Source: Mobula hypostoma
Taxonomy: Eukaryota
Direction: 5' to 3'
Length of the DNA: 64,000 nucleotides
Assembly: GCF_963921235.1 (NCBI RefSeq)
Contig: NC_086097.1
Span: 198,836,001-198,900,000, forward strand
How positions within the stretch are numbered: position 1 is the stretch's first letter; each line of letters begins with the position of its first letter. Below the pieces are notes generated by a model. That model had not been told where the DNA came from. It saw only the letters and a program-made list of their open reading frames with translations, and made no database searches. Below are positions 51,251 to 63,749 of the stretch, one piece after another. The translations under genes were made by a program, and so were the position numbers.

Positions 51251-54200
51251 GTTATAACATGAATAAAAAACAATCATGGCTAGAGAATTGGCTTATTAGT
51301 AGGAGACAATGAGTGGGAATAAAAGGATCCTTTGGTTGGCTGCCAGTGAGTAGTAGTGTTCTGCAGGGGTCGGTGTTTGAAATGCTTCTTTTAAATGCTG
51401 TATATCAATGATTTAGATGCTGGAATAGATGGTTTTTTAGCCAAGTTTGCAGATGATATCAAGATTAGTAGAGGGGTAGGTAGTATTGAGGAAACAGGAA
51501 GGCTGCAGAAAGAATCAGACAGATTAGGAGAATAGGCAAGAGAGTGGCCAATGAAATACAATGTTGGAAAATGCATGGTCACACACTTTCGTAGAAGAAA
51601 TAAATGTGCAGACTATTTTCTAAATGGGGAGAAAATCCAAAAATCTGAGATGCAAAGGGACTTGAGAGTCCTTGTGCAGAACAACCTGAAGGTTACCTTG
51701 CAGGTAGAGTCAGTAGTGAAGAAGGCAAGTGCAATGTTAGCATTCATTTCAGGAATACAAAAGCAGGGATGTGATGCTGAGGCTTTACAAGGCACTGGTG
51801 AGGCCTCACCTTGAGTACTGTGAACAGTTTTGGGCTCCTCATCTAAGATGTACTGGCATTGGAGCAGGATCAGAGGAGGTTAACAAGGATGATTCTGGGA
51901 ATGAAAGGGTTATCATATGAGGAACGTTTGATAGCTTTGAGTTTGTACTCACTACAATTTAGAAGGATGGGGGAGAAGAGAATCTCATTGAATCTTTCGA
52001 ATGTTGAAGATGCAAGATTTTTTAAGGAATTTGAACTTTCCAAAATTAACACCCGAAGAACATTTAAAGTTAGAAACACCTATTACGGATGAAGAAATAA
52101 TGGGTGCTATTTCTTCAATGAATTCTGGCAAATCACATGGCCCAGACTGCTATACAGCACAATGTTTAAAGTTTTTTTCTTCTATTCTTTCTCCCCAGTT
52201 GTACAGAGTTTTTAGAGATGCAATTATTACAGGTAAACTACCACAATCATTTTATGGAGCCTCTATTTCCTTAATTTTAAAAAAGGATCCTACTGAATGT
52301 GCATCATATAGACCGATATCCTTATTGAATGTTGATTCAAAAATTTTTTCTAAAATATTAGCATCTAGGTTAGAAAAGGTATTACCTTAAATTATTTCTG
52401 CGGATCAAACTGGATTTATTAAAAATTGTTATTCATCTTTTAATATTAGGAGATTAATAAATATTATTTATACTCCTTCACTGAGAACTCCAGAATGTGT
52501 TATTTCATTAGATGCTGAGAAAACTTTTGACAGAGTTGAATGGCCATATTTACTTACTACTCTTGAGAAGTTTAATTTTAGCTCGATATTTATATTCTGG
52601 ATTAAATTGATACCCCTTTAGCTTCGGTTTTGACTAATAATCAAAGATCTCCCATTTTTCGATTATTTCGTGGCACTACGCAGGGTTGTCCTTTAAGTCC
52701 TTTATTATTTGATATTGCTTTAGAACCTTTAGCAATTGCAATTCGAGATTCACCAAATATTTTTGGTATTACTCGTGGGAAAGAGATACTTAAGTTATCA
52801 TTATATGCAGATGATTTACTATTATATATTTCTGACCCAGAAAAATCCATTCCTGCAACTTTATCCTTGTTGGATAAGTTTAGTAAATTTTCTGGTTATA
52901 AACTGAATCTTAATGAGAGTGAACTTTTTCCGTTAAATATGATGGTTCCAAACTATAAACGTTTACCATCTAGTTACCGATCAATTTACTTATTTAGGAG
53001 TTAAAATTACTAAGAAGCACAAGGATTTATTTAAGGTTAATTTTTTTTACCCTTACTTGATCAGATTAAAGGTTTGATTACTAAATGGTCACCAATGTTT
53101 TTGTCATTAATTGGTCAGATCAACGCTGTTAAGATGATTATTTTACCTAAGTTTCTATATTTATTTCAAGCACTGCCAATTTTTATTCCGAAATCTGTTT
53201 TTGATAATGTTGATTCAAAAATTTCCTCATACATATGGCAGAATAAAAATCCTAGACTAGGTAAAAGACATTAACAGAAGCCCAAAAAGGAGGGTGGCTT
53301 AGCATTGCCAAATCTTAGATTCTACTATTGGGCGATTAATATTTCTTATTTAAAATTTTGGACATGGAATTGGGACACAGTTTCAAGTCCTCAATGGGTT
53401 AATCTTGAATGTAATTCTGTTTCAGGATTTTCATTGGGTTCTATTTTAGGGGCCCCACTTCCTTTTGATGTTTCTAAATTGGACAAATAAATGGATAACC
53501 CAATAGTTAAATATACTCTTCAAATATGGTTTCAGTTTCAAAAATATTTTGGACTGAATCAATTTATTTTAACTAGCCCTATTATATCCAACTTTCTTTT
53601 TCAACCCTCTTTTTTGGATCAAGCATACCTGGTCTGGAAAACAAAAGGTACAATATGTTTTTCCAATTTATTCTTAGATAATTATTTTATATCTTTTGAA
53701 CAACTATCTAATAAATATAACTTACCTAGATCACATTTTGTTAAGATATTTACAGATTAGAAATGTTTTAAATACTGTTCTTACTACCTTTCCAATTTCA
53801 TATTCTACTGATACAATGCAAAAAATTTTGGCTTTAAACCTTTTTCAGTAAGGTTCAATAGCAATTATTTATAATACGATAAGGAAAATAAATCCAGAAG
53901 TTTCCAATACAATTAAGAATGACTGGGAAAGAGAACTTAAGCTTACCTTACCTATTGAGAAATGGCAGAAAAAAAATTCCAACTACTTAACTCTTCCTCT
54001 ATTTGTGCTAAACATGCGTTGATACATTTTAAAGTTGTACATAGGGCTTATATGTCTAAGGATAAATTAACTCGTTATTACTCTCATATAAACCATGTAT
54101 GTGATAGATGTCATTCTGAGATAGCCTCATTAACTCATGTTTTGGTCTTGCCCTTTATTAAAGAAATATTGGGACGATATTTTTGATATTATTTCAACTG

Positions 54201-54582
54201 TCTTCAATATTGATTTACAACCTCATCCTATTTCTGCCATCTTTGGTTTACCAATGATAGAAAAACATCATTTGACCTCTTCAGCTTGTCGGATGATTGC
54301 TTTTGTTACTCTAATGGCTAGAAGATCTATACTATTGAATTGGAAAGAGATTAGTCCTCCAACTACATTTCATTGGTTTCCTCAAACTATATCTTGTTTA
54401 AATCTAGAAAAAATTAGAAGTGTCATTTATGACCCATCTATTAAATATGATGAGACTTGGAGACCGTTTATTCAATATTTCCAAATGATGTAATTTGACC
54501 CTTGCCAAATCTATTTTGTGATTTTAATATATGGGGAAAGGAGCGGAAGTGGCGGCGCTATTGGTTCTGAGGTATCATAATA

Positions 54583-56162
54583 CAGGTGTCCCCCGCTTTT
54601 TGAACGTTCGCTTTACGAAACCTCACTGTTACGAAAGACCTACATTAGAACCCTATTTTCGCTTTCAGAAAGTGTTTTCACTGTTACGAAGAAAGGCAGC
54701 ACACGATAAAAAATCAGCGCGCAATAAAAGGCAGTGCGCGCCCCGAGCAGCTGCTCTCCCCCGGATTCGGAACGGCATTGCTTTAACACGTTGCATTGAG
54801 CAGCCATTAGCAAGATGAGTTCTAAGGTGTCAGAAAAGCCTGAAAGAGTAAGGGTGTTACACTTAGCGTAAAACTAGACATAATTAAGCATTTTGATTGC
54901 GGTGAACGAAGCAAGGACAAAGTGAGTTTGGCTTGTGAAAGCAAACGAAGATGATGTTGCAGAGGTTTTGGCATCCCATGACCAAGAACTGATAGATGAA
55001 GAGCTGATGCAATTGGAAGAGGAAAGGATAACAATCGAAACCGAATGCAACCGAACGCAGAAAGTGAAGCAACTGCTTGAGATTTTCGCTGCAATGATAA
55101 AGTACAACTTTAATTTTGAAAGGGTATGTAGGTTTAGGGGATATTTACAGGATGGTTTGAGTGCTTACAAACAACTGTCTGACAGAAAAATGCGCGAGGC
55201 TCAGCAGTCAAGCAAGCCTTCCACATCAGCCAAAGCAGACGACGTACCTCGACCTTTGACATCGAGGCGGGCAGTCATAGGAGAAGATGAGCTGCCTGCT
55301 CTGATCGACGATAAGATGACACCCCCGTGTCCCACCACCCCAACACCCGGGCCCCGGACATATACTGTATCGATTTGCAAAGAACGCAGTGGTAACCGGG
55401 AGGCACACAGCACACCTTTAAGAAAAAAGCCGAAATAAACATGCTAATTAATTAGGCGCCGTCTAGCATGTAATTGTTGGCCCAGATCAGAGGCGATGCA
55501 ATCGACAATTGCCTCTGATCTGCGCCGACATTTACGTGCCGGGTAGCACCTAATTAATTAGCATGTTTATTTCGGCTTTTTTCTTAAAGATGTGCTGTGT
55601 GCCTCCCGGCTACCGCTGCGTTCTTCGCGGCAATGTATCGGGTCGGCGGTCCGGAGGATGGGGGCCACTGCACCACCCAGCCTGCGACGACTCAGTCTAA
55701 CACACCATCATCAGTGTGCTCGGTGCTGTTTTCCCAATTCCGGTAAGTGATACTACACTGTACATACATTATTTCTACTTTATATAGGCTGTGTATTTTT
55801 ACGTGTTATTTGGTAGATTTGGCAACTTCATAGTTTAAAGGTTACTGGAGAGCGCGCTTATGCCAACAGCGCTTGCGTGAGATTTTCGCTACGGAGATCT
55901 GTGCAGGCAATCGTTGTAGAGAAGTATTTCTACTTTATATAGGCTGTGTATTTATCATATCATTCCTGTTTTTACTACATGTTACTGTTATTTTAGGTTT
56001 TATGTATTACTTGGCATGATTTGGTAGGTTATTTTTGGGTCTGCGAACGCTCACAAATTTTTCCCATATAAATAAATGGTAATTGCTTCTTCACTTTACT
56101 ACATTCCGGCTTACGAGCCGTTTCATAGGAACGCTCTACCTTCGGATGGCGGGGGAAACCTG
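54583..56162 (+). mobile_element. Non-autonomous Tigger/pogo element in the L1 3' UTR
   Basis: TIRs CAGGTGTCCCCCGC / GCGGGGGAAACCTG with TA on the left. Transposase N-terminal remnant and C-terminal EDDVAEVLASHDQELIDEELMQLE. Confidence 0.85.
55377..55628. repeat. ~250-bp near-perfect palindrome
   Basis: Arms include a perfect 41-bp pair (55416-55456 / 55549-55589). Pairing continues inward to a short loop near 55497-55508. Confidence 0.95.
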
Positions 56163-57100
56163 GAGCCCTTTCTTTTCTTTTTCTTTTCCTTAGTTTTCTT
56201 TTAGTTTGGGTATATTAGTTTTTTTTAGGGGATATATTTTTTTTCTTTTCTGTTTTTTTAATGATATTTTTGTATTTTATGTATACTCTTTATGTATTTT
56301 ACTGTTAATCTGTGTGATTTTGGGAGGTTTACTATGTGTTACCTGCCTGTATACTTTTACAATAATAATTATTAATTAATACAATCCCAATTGCGCTGTA
56401 CTTATTTTTTGTAATATGTATGATGTTGAAACTAATAAACAGATTGAAAAAGAAAGAAAGAATGTTGAAAGGCCTAGACTGAGTAGATGTCGAAAGGATG
56501 TTTCACATGGTGGGGAAGTCTAGGACAAGAGGTCACAGCCTCAGGCTAGAGCAGAGAAGTTTCTTTAGCCGAAGGGTAGTAAATTTGTGGAATTTATTAC
56601 CGTGGCGCTGTGGAATCCAGGTCGTTGGGTATATTTAAGGCAGAGGTTTTTGAGTGGACGCAGCATCAAGGGTTATGGGGAGAAGGTCAAGGAGGGGAAA
56701 AACAGATCAACCATGATTGAATGGTGCAGCAGACTCAGTGCTCCTATGTCTTATGGTCTAGCCCCAGCCTTTGGTATGACTGGATTTTGCATGTTTTTCT
56801 GGTGACTGTGAGGTGCTCCTCTGGGTGTTCCAGTTTCCACCTAAATTTCTATGGGTCGGCAGATTAAATAGCCATTGTTATTGCCTCGATGTGTAGATAG
56901 ATAGTAGAACCTGGGGAAGGACAACAGATGGGAATATGAGAATAAAATGGATTTGGGTAGGATCACTAAATAAAAATCTGTACTTGATGGTCAGCACAAA
57001 CTCAGAGGCTGGAAGGTCTGTTTCTATGGATCTCACTCAATGAAAATATAAACATGTTTATCCATTAAGGTTTTTGAAAGTGATTTTACAATAACATCTA

Positions 57101-58653
57101 GAATGCCATGAAAAATAATTCAGCCCCCAACCCTTTGCTGACATAAATGTCTACATAACCAGGGCTTTTGATCAATTTAACAGGAGTTTCTATTTGTGAA
57201 TCACATGCTCCCTTTTTCACAACAGAGCCCCCAAAACATGAAAAATTGCAAAGCATGAAAACTAAAAATTAAAAAACTGAAATGTCAGCAGTTCAAAAGT
57301 AGTCATCCCCCTTTGCTCAGTACTTAGTTGAACCACCTGTCATAGCTATTACAGCCAGTAGTCTTTTTGAATAAGTCTATATTAGCTGTGCACAATGTGA
57401 TGGAGTAAGATTTGCCTATTCCTCCTTGCAAAATTGCTCAAGCTGTGCCAGGAGTTGGGAAGTGGTGGTGGACAGCAATCTTGAGGTCTTGCTGTAAGGT
57501 CAAAACTCTGACTGGGCCAATCAAGGATATCAATTTTCTTCATGTGAAACCACTCCATGGTTTCTCTGGCAGTGTGCTTTGGGTCGTTGTCCTGCTGAAA
57601 GACAAACTTCCACCCCAAGTTTAAGCTTTATGACAGAAGCTAGCAGGTTTTTATCCAGGATCTCTCTGTATTTAGCAGCATTCATCTTTCCATCAATCCT
57701 GACTAGACTGCCAGAGACTGGTGCTGAAAAGCTTCTCCAAACATGATGCTACCATCACTATACTTTGCAGTAGGGATGGTGGAACCTGACTGATGCGCGA
57801 CATTAGATTTACGCCACATGTACCACTCAGTGTTGAGGCCAAAATGTTCCACTTTAGTCTCTTCCAACCACAAGGCCTTCTTCCACATCTTTACAGTATC
57901 TTCTAAGTAACGCTTTGCAAAAATCAGCCAAGGACTTTTTTTTAAGCCAAGCCTTCTTCCTTGCCACTTTTTCATAAATACCCTTTTAGTAAGTCATGTG
58001 GAGCCATTAAGTTCCGGCTGCAACTGGAGATGATGCCTGCAGTTCACTCCTGACTGTTGGCATCACGGTAGCCTCTCTTATAAGTGTCATTCTTCTTCAG
58101 TGAATGAGTTTAGAGGGGGGGCCTGACCAATGCAACGAGGCTGTGGTTTCATATTTTTCCCCACAAAGGACTGCACAGCTCCGAGGCATGTTCAGTGTCT
58201 TTGAGATGGTCTGAAACCCTTCCCGGATTTGTACTACTTTAATTTCCCTGACTCGCCTTGAATGTTCTGTCTTCATTTTGGTTTGGTCTGCTGAAAATCC
58301 AACATATTGGTGGACTTTACAGAGAAAGGGGATATTTGTAGTTTTCTTATGAACTAATTGAAAACAGGTGATCCTCTGATTTTCTACATCAACAAATTGG
58401 GTGAGTTGGTATGGTAATATATTGCTAATGAGAAAAGTTTGTGTAGCAATTACAAAGGAGATGAATACTTATCCAGTCTCACAACTTTTACTGAATTGTT
58501 GACAGGTTTTGGAATTTTTCTTTTGATTTGACATGATGCACAATGCTTTGTAGATTACCTCAAAAATGCTACTTCAATACATTTTATATTTAGAAAATGA
58601 GAAAGTAAAATGTGTAAATAGTTGTCAGGGCTGAATACTTTTTCAAGGCACTG
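57101..58653 (-). mobile_element. Decayed Tc1 transposon
   Basis: TA flanks and TIRs of type CAGTGCCTTGAAAAAGTATTCAGCCC. Transposase remnants at 58276-57317 include [15 protein letters not shown] and GGSTKY*. Confidence 0.9.
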
Positions 58654-58974
58654 TATGTAGTCCTCTTGCACAAGTTCCAAAGGCAACTACAGCAAAATTG
58701 TCAGAACGTCTCATTTACCCTGGCTTCCTTCAACCTGCTTGGAATGGCATCTCCACTTCCTCACTTTGAGTTTTCCCATTTCTGGAAACTTATCACAGAA
58801 CTTGCTCCATTTCGTTCCCTTTTGCTTTATTCCATTAGAAAACCAAATACAAGCTGCTCATGTTGTAGATTTATAAGAATTGCAGATGCAGCAAATATTA
58901 AACAACTAAAAAGCTAAAAAGTTCAGTATGTCAGGCAACATCTGTGGAAAGAGAAACTAATGTTTCAAATATCC

Positions 58975-59345
58975 CAGAGCAGCAGAAGCTGAGGAGAGAC
59001 CTAATAGAAGTTTAAAGATTACGGGAGGCATGGATAAAGTTGACAGCTGGTATTTCTCCTGCAGGGTTGAAATGTCTAGTACAAGACAGCATGCATTTAA
59101 TATGAAAGGGGGCAAGTTCAAAGGAGACATGTGGGAAAAATATACACAGAGTGAAAGATGTTTGGAATCCTTTCCAAGGATAGTGGTACAGGCAAATATA
59201 TTAGAGGCACTTAAGAGGCTTTTAGATAGGCACATGAATACGCAGAGATTGGACGGGATATGGACATTGCGTGGGCTGAAGGGATTAGTTTAGTTATGCA
59301 CAATATTATGGATCAAAGGTCCTTTTCCTGTGCTGTACATTTCTA
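58975..59345 (+). mobile_element. CR1-type 3' fragment
   Basis: LRRDLIEV.KI..GMDKVD remnant and a tail ending CCTGTGCTGTAC. Confidence 0.65.
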
Positions 59346-59874
59346 TAGAACTAGCCTCTTCAGCTGAAATGAGAAAGAGGGTAACAAGTTAACTTAGGTA
59401 GGAGTGAAGGTGAGGCCGGTTCAAAGGTCCAATCTAATGTCAGAGAAATGTATACAATATACATTCTGAAACGCTTTTTCTTTGGTGATTGACTGAATGA
59501 AGAAAACTTCTCTTACAGGGGGTAAATTACATGGCAGTTCAGCAGTACATCACATGGAGAAAGCACCTCATGTTATATGTTATGGTCCACTGTGTCACGA
59601 CCAATAGGCCAAATGATATAATCTCTGCAGCCCCATGAAAAACTCCTTTAGCCTCTCTAACTCTGTCTTCTCTACATCTTACAGCTTCATCAAATCTTGT
59701 ATTCCTCTTTTATGATCTATCACACTTTTACATCCCTTCACAAAGGCAGCCACTTTTTTATACCCAACTTAATTCCCTTTGTACTACATTAGTCTGTTCA
59801 TATGTTCCCATTATTTAAGTTTCATTATTGACTTTTGTGCATGTGATCATTCTGCTAATTGATCATGGCTATTT

Positions 59875-60714
59875 GCACTATTGCCAGTTAATTGAGCCGT
59901 CGGTTAATCCAGACAGCCAATTAATCAATTTGGGACAACTTTCAAAGAACAAAAACTAATCCAGAAAATAGCCACGATTCCCTTCATTTATTTGGCACAT
60001 TATGTTGCTAAATAGTTTCACTCTAATGTCAGGTGCATGTACTAGTGAAGCCATTAGACACCGAACCATGCTTGGAGCAAACAGTTTTTAAGGAGCAACA
60101 TGTGTTGCTTGGATTTCCCAGCATCTGCAGATTTTCTCATTTGAGTTTTTAAAATAGTGTCAGTTGTGTGCACATGCTCAAAAAGCAGAGATTATTGTCA
60201 CTGATAGTTGGGGAGAAATAAGCAGTAAAACAATTCAGAACTGCCTTGCTCATTATGATATTCAGGCTTAGAGATGGGTAGGAGTGAATATGAAATGATT
60301 TTATTACTTCAACAAAGCGAGGAACTACAAATAATTTGAAGTTATTGACAATCACCTTGAATGCTACAAATGAAAATGAAGACTTGGAGGATTGCATTGG
60401 ATGAGTCAATTATCTACACCAGATGTCTACACTGATTTTGTTCATTTACAATCAAATGAATGCAGCAGTATACAGGTACGCTGGATGAATTCGTCCATCA
60501 ATAACAATTAGGAACTTCTGCCTTTTTAGAGTACTGATAATGTAGTAATTTGCTCCATATTTCATTTAAATACATAATTTGATACTCAGTTAATAATGGT
60601 AGTTTATTTTTTTTTAAAAATACCTTTTTCATTATTTGCATGAAACTGGATAATTAGGGCAGCTGATTAATTGGGCCAAAAGTCCCGATATGTCCCAATT
60701 AACCTGAATCACTG
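59875..60714. mobile_element. Old non-autonomous pogo/Tigger-like DNA element
   Basis: Repeated GTTAATTG(G/A)G motifs in inverted arrangement at both ends, right end ..CCCAATTAACCTGAATCACTG-TA, and an acidic peptide remnant IDNHLECY..ENEDLED. Confidence 0.5.
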
Positions 60715-61202
60715 TATACAGCATTAACAGAATCACACCTGTAGTGTTGTACACAACATTAGTCTTACCCAAAGCGTACACAAAGGGTGTGCAGTGAAAA
60801 TTCTGGTTCTTGGAATGGCTGTTCTGTCACAAGAGGAAATTGAGATTAGGCCTCTATTCTCTAAATGTAGAGCAAGCAATCTCACTAAATATTTATAATT
60901 CTTGAAGTCCATCAAGTAGGATGCAATAATTCCTCTGGCTGAGCAATCCAAAATTCAGTCTCCAAAAAAAAAAGGCAGCTGAGGACTGAAGTAGTGTTTC
61001 TCAACTGACAGATGTTGAATCTTTGGAACTGTCACTCCCGAAGTGTTGCATTTAAAATAATTGTAAGATAGATATATTTCTGGAAATTAGAGATTATTAT
61101 GAAATAGAGTCAAAGCTGAAAATCACCTTTGAGATTGACGTCATGATTTTGTCAAATGGCAGAGCAGACTTAAAGGACCAAATATCCTGCTACCTCCCAT
61201 AA

Positions 61203-62660
61203 ACACAAGAGATTCTGCACATGCTAGCAAACCTCAAGCAACACACGTAAAACACTGGAGGAACTCAGCAAGCAAGGCAGCATTATGGAATAAACTGTTG
61301 ACATTTTGGGCCAGGACCAGAAAGGGGTAGAAGTCAGAACAGGGTTGTGGGGGGAGGACAAGCTGACAGATGACAGGTGAGACCAAGGGAGGGAGGGAGG
61401 AGGATGGATTGGGGGTGGGCAATGAAATGCTGGGAGGGAGATATTTGGAAGCGGTAAATAGCTTAAGTAGTAATTTAGGACAGTGAACTATGAAGAATGG
61501 GAGGAAGGGAAGCAGTGGGAGGAGATGGGCAGCTGAGTAAGAGTGAGCAGTTAACCAGAAAGAGGAAAAGAAAGTGGGGGGGGGGGGAGAACAGACAAAT
61601 AACCAGAAGTTAAAGGAACTGATGTTCATGTCATCAGGTTGGAGACTGCCCAGCCAGATGCTGTTCCTCCAACCTGAGTTCGGGTTCATCAAGGCAACAG
61701 AAAAGGCAATGGAGAGACATGGTTAATGGGAAGTCAAATTGAAATGGATAGCAACCAGGAAATGCTGCATTTGTAGCAGATGGAGCAAAGGTGCTTAAAG
61801 CAGTCCCCCAATCTGCATTCAGTCTTATTGAAGTAGAGGAGGCCACACCAGGAGCACTGGATACTGCGACAGAATCATAGCCAATGTGTCACCTCATTGG
61901 TATGGAGGGTTTGAGGCCTGAATGATGGTGAAAGAGGAGATGTAGTGGCAGGTGTAGCACTTAGCACATTTGCAGGTACAAGTGCCAGGAGGGAGATCAG
62001 TGAGGAGGCCATGGAGATTCACCGGTGAATGTGTTCAAGCCATTTATTGTATCCAGTGCACCCAGAGGGGCTTTCCTTACATTGGTGAAACCTGGCACAA
62101 TTTGGGGGACCTATTTGTCAAGCACCATTGCTCCACCCATGGCAAAAGGCAGGATTTCCTCGTGCCCACTCACTTCAATTGGACTTCCCATTCCAATGTA
62201 CCAGTCCATAGCCTCATCTACTGCCACAAAGAGACCACACTCAGGTTGGAGGAACCAAGGGGGAGGGGGAGAAATAATCAGAAGTTGGAGAAATCAATGT
62301 TCATGCCATCAGGTTGGAAACTACCCACAGAGTATGATTCAGATTCACTTCCCTCTAAAGCCCCTCCTCCTTCCGTTTCTTTCATGGACTACTATCCTCT
62401 CCTAACAAATTCCTTCTTCAGTCCTATACCTCTTTCACCCATCTCCTCCCAGCTTCTTAATTCGTCCTCCTCCCTTCCCCCTCACCTGGAGTCACACATC
62501 CCCAGCCAGTTGTACCCCTCTCCTCCGCCAGCTTTTTATTCTGGCTTCTACCTCACTCCTTTCCAGTCCTGATGAAGGATTTCGGCCGAAAACGTCCACT
62601 GTTCATTCCCCTACATGGATGCTGCCCGAATTGCTGAGTTCCTCCCGCATCTCCACGTTT
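61203..62660. mobile_element. Penelope-like element, inverted pair of 3' fragments
   Basis: Minus copy ~61203-62010 and plus copy ~62015-62660. The plus copy has a GIY-YIG remnant IYCIQCTQRGFPYIGETWHNLGD.F..H and a hammerhead-like end. Confidence 0.8.
62564..62601 (+). ncRNA. Minimal type I hammerhead ribozyme-like motif (PLE-associated)
   Basis: CAGTC-CTGATGA-AGGATTTCGGCC-GAAA-ACGTC-CACTG. Core boxes are intact, stem I pairs 4 of 5, and stem III is the palindromic ACGT. Stem II is weak. Confidence 0.55.
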
Positions 62661-62689
62661 CTCAGACCAACTTCTGTTACTTTTTAAAC

Positions 62690-63400
62690 TGAGGACATCC
62701 CCCGCGCCCCCCCCCCCGTTTCTCCAGAGAGATGAACTTTTAGTGAGTGGACAGAGCAGAGAGACGGCAAGCAAATGAACTCCAGGCCTTTACCGCTCCA
62801 CTGCGGCGCCTCGGAGCGCCCAGCCTGCCCCGCTGTCACTCACCCAACAACCGCTGCGATACCTGCCGAGCCACCACGGGCAACGGCTCCTCTCCGTCAT
62901 AGTAGGAGTTCAAGATGGCGTCGATGACGAAGATGCAGGGGACCCTGAGGGCCACGTCCAGGACCCCACGCAGGTGACTCCCCACTGACACCCACTGCGA
63001 GGACATCGTCAACGATCCCCCTGTCCCTCACTGAAAACCGTCGGTGGAGCCGCCGCGCAACCTGCCACTCCAGATATCCGCAAAGCTGGCGGAGATGTGG
63101 CCGCCGGCGAGTCAGCTATCAGCGCTGTCTTGCTGCCCTGCCGCCGCTCCTCTCCGCGTCCCCTCCATACTCGAGGGCCGTGACCGCTGCTACAGCCCCT
63201 TTCCTCACTCCTTGAGCACGTCACACAAAACAATACGTCATAATCAGGTCCACCGAGAACCCGAGGCGTAACGGAGGAAGGAGACGCAGGTTACGTTCGG
63301 CGGGCAGGAGACGTCTGTTACGTCATAGAAACACGCATGTCAAGATTTTGACTTGCTGGGGCGGTTAGTAGCCGGGCTGCAGGGTGCGCGGAAGGGAATT
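62690..63400. promoter_or_regulatory. CpG island and RNF139 promoter
   Basis: GC- and CpG-rich segment over exon 1, with a GC box GGGGCGG (~63358), an ETS-like CGGAAG (~63389) and three ACGTCA motifs. Confidence 0.85.
62844..63006 (-). CDS. RNF139: RNF139/TRC8 coding exon 1
   Basis: MSSQWVSVGSHLRGVLDVALRVPCIFVIDAILNSYYDGEEPLPVVARQVSQRLL(G), compare human LEVALRVPCLYIIDAIFNSY. Donor GTGAGT at 62843-62838. 163 + 1829 nt = 664 codons including the stop. Confidence 0.96.
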
Positions 63401-63749
63401 GAGAAATATCAAGCTGAAGTGTGAGCTCTGCTTCTCCTACCTCCTACCTGAATCTCGGCTGTGGTATTTACTTTCGTTTCCCGAAGATTTGCCCTTCTCG
63501 TCTCCGTTTTTCAAAGAAACTGCTTCATCGGGGCCACCTTTGTGGATTGACGGGTCGCAAATATATACTCTTTACATGACCTTTGGATGGATGACAAGAT
63601 AAATAAGGCAGGAATGTGTTGCCCAAAATATTGCAAGATTGAAAGGAAATATATAAGTAATGGGAAATTGGATAAGTGACAACTGATAACCTTCACAAAC
63701 AAAAGGATATCAAGCCTAGTGTCAGAACAGAGCACTTGCTCTGAGAATG

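Larger units (their letters stand above)
52009..56459 (+). mobile_element. 5'-truncated L1-clade LINE
   Basis: GKSHGPD, YRPISLLNVDSKI, GTTQGCPLSPLLF, LYADD and a C-terminal CDRC..H.FWSC knuckle (ORF2 stop at 54493). T-rich 3' UTR, AATAAA and (GAAA)n tail. TSD GAATGTTGAA at 51999-52008 and 56460-56469. Confidence 0.93.
51270..56760 (+). mobile_element. CR1 3' portion split by the L1 insertion
   Basis: RT remnants at 51270-52008. The CR1 sequence resumes at 56470 (AGGCCTAGAC..) and runs to a TCTTATGGTCTA tail. Confidence 0.85.

Noticed and set aside
63384..63602. Divergent plus-strand ORF next to the CpG island
   Set aside because: It is short, starts at a non-ATG codon and shows no similarity to a known neighbouring gene.
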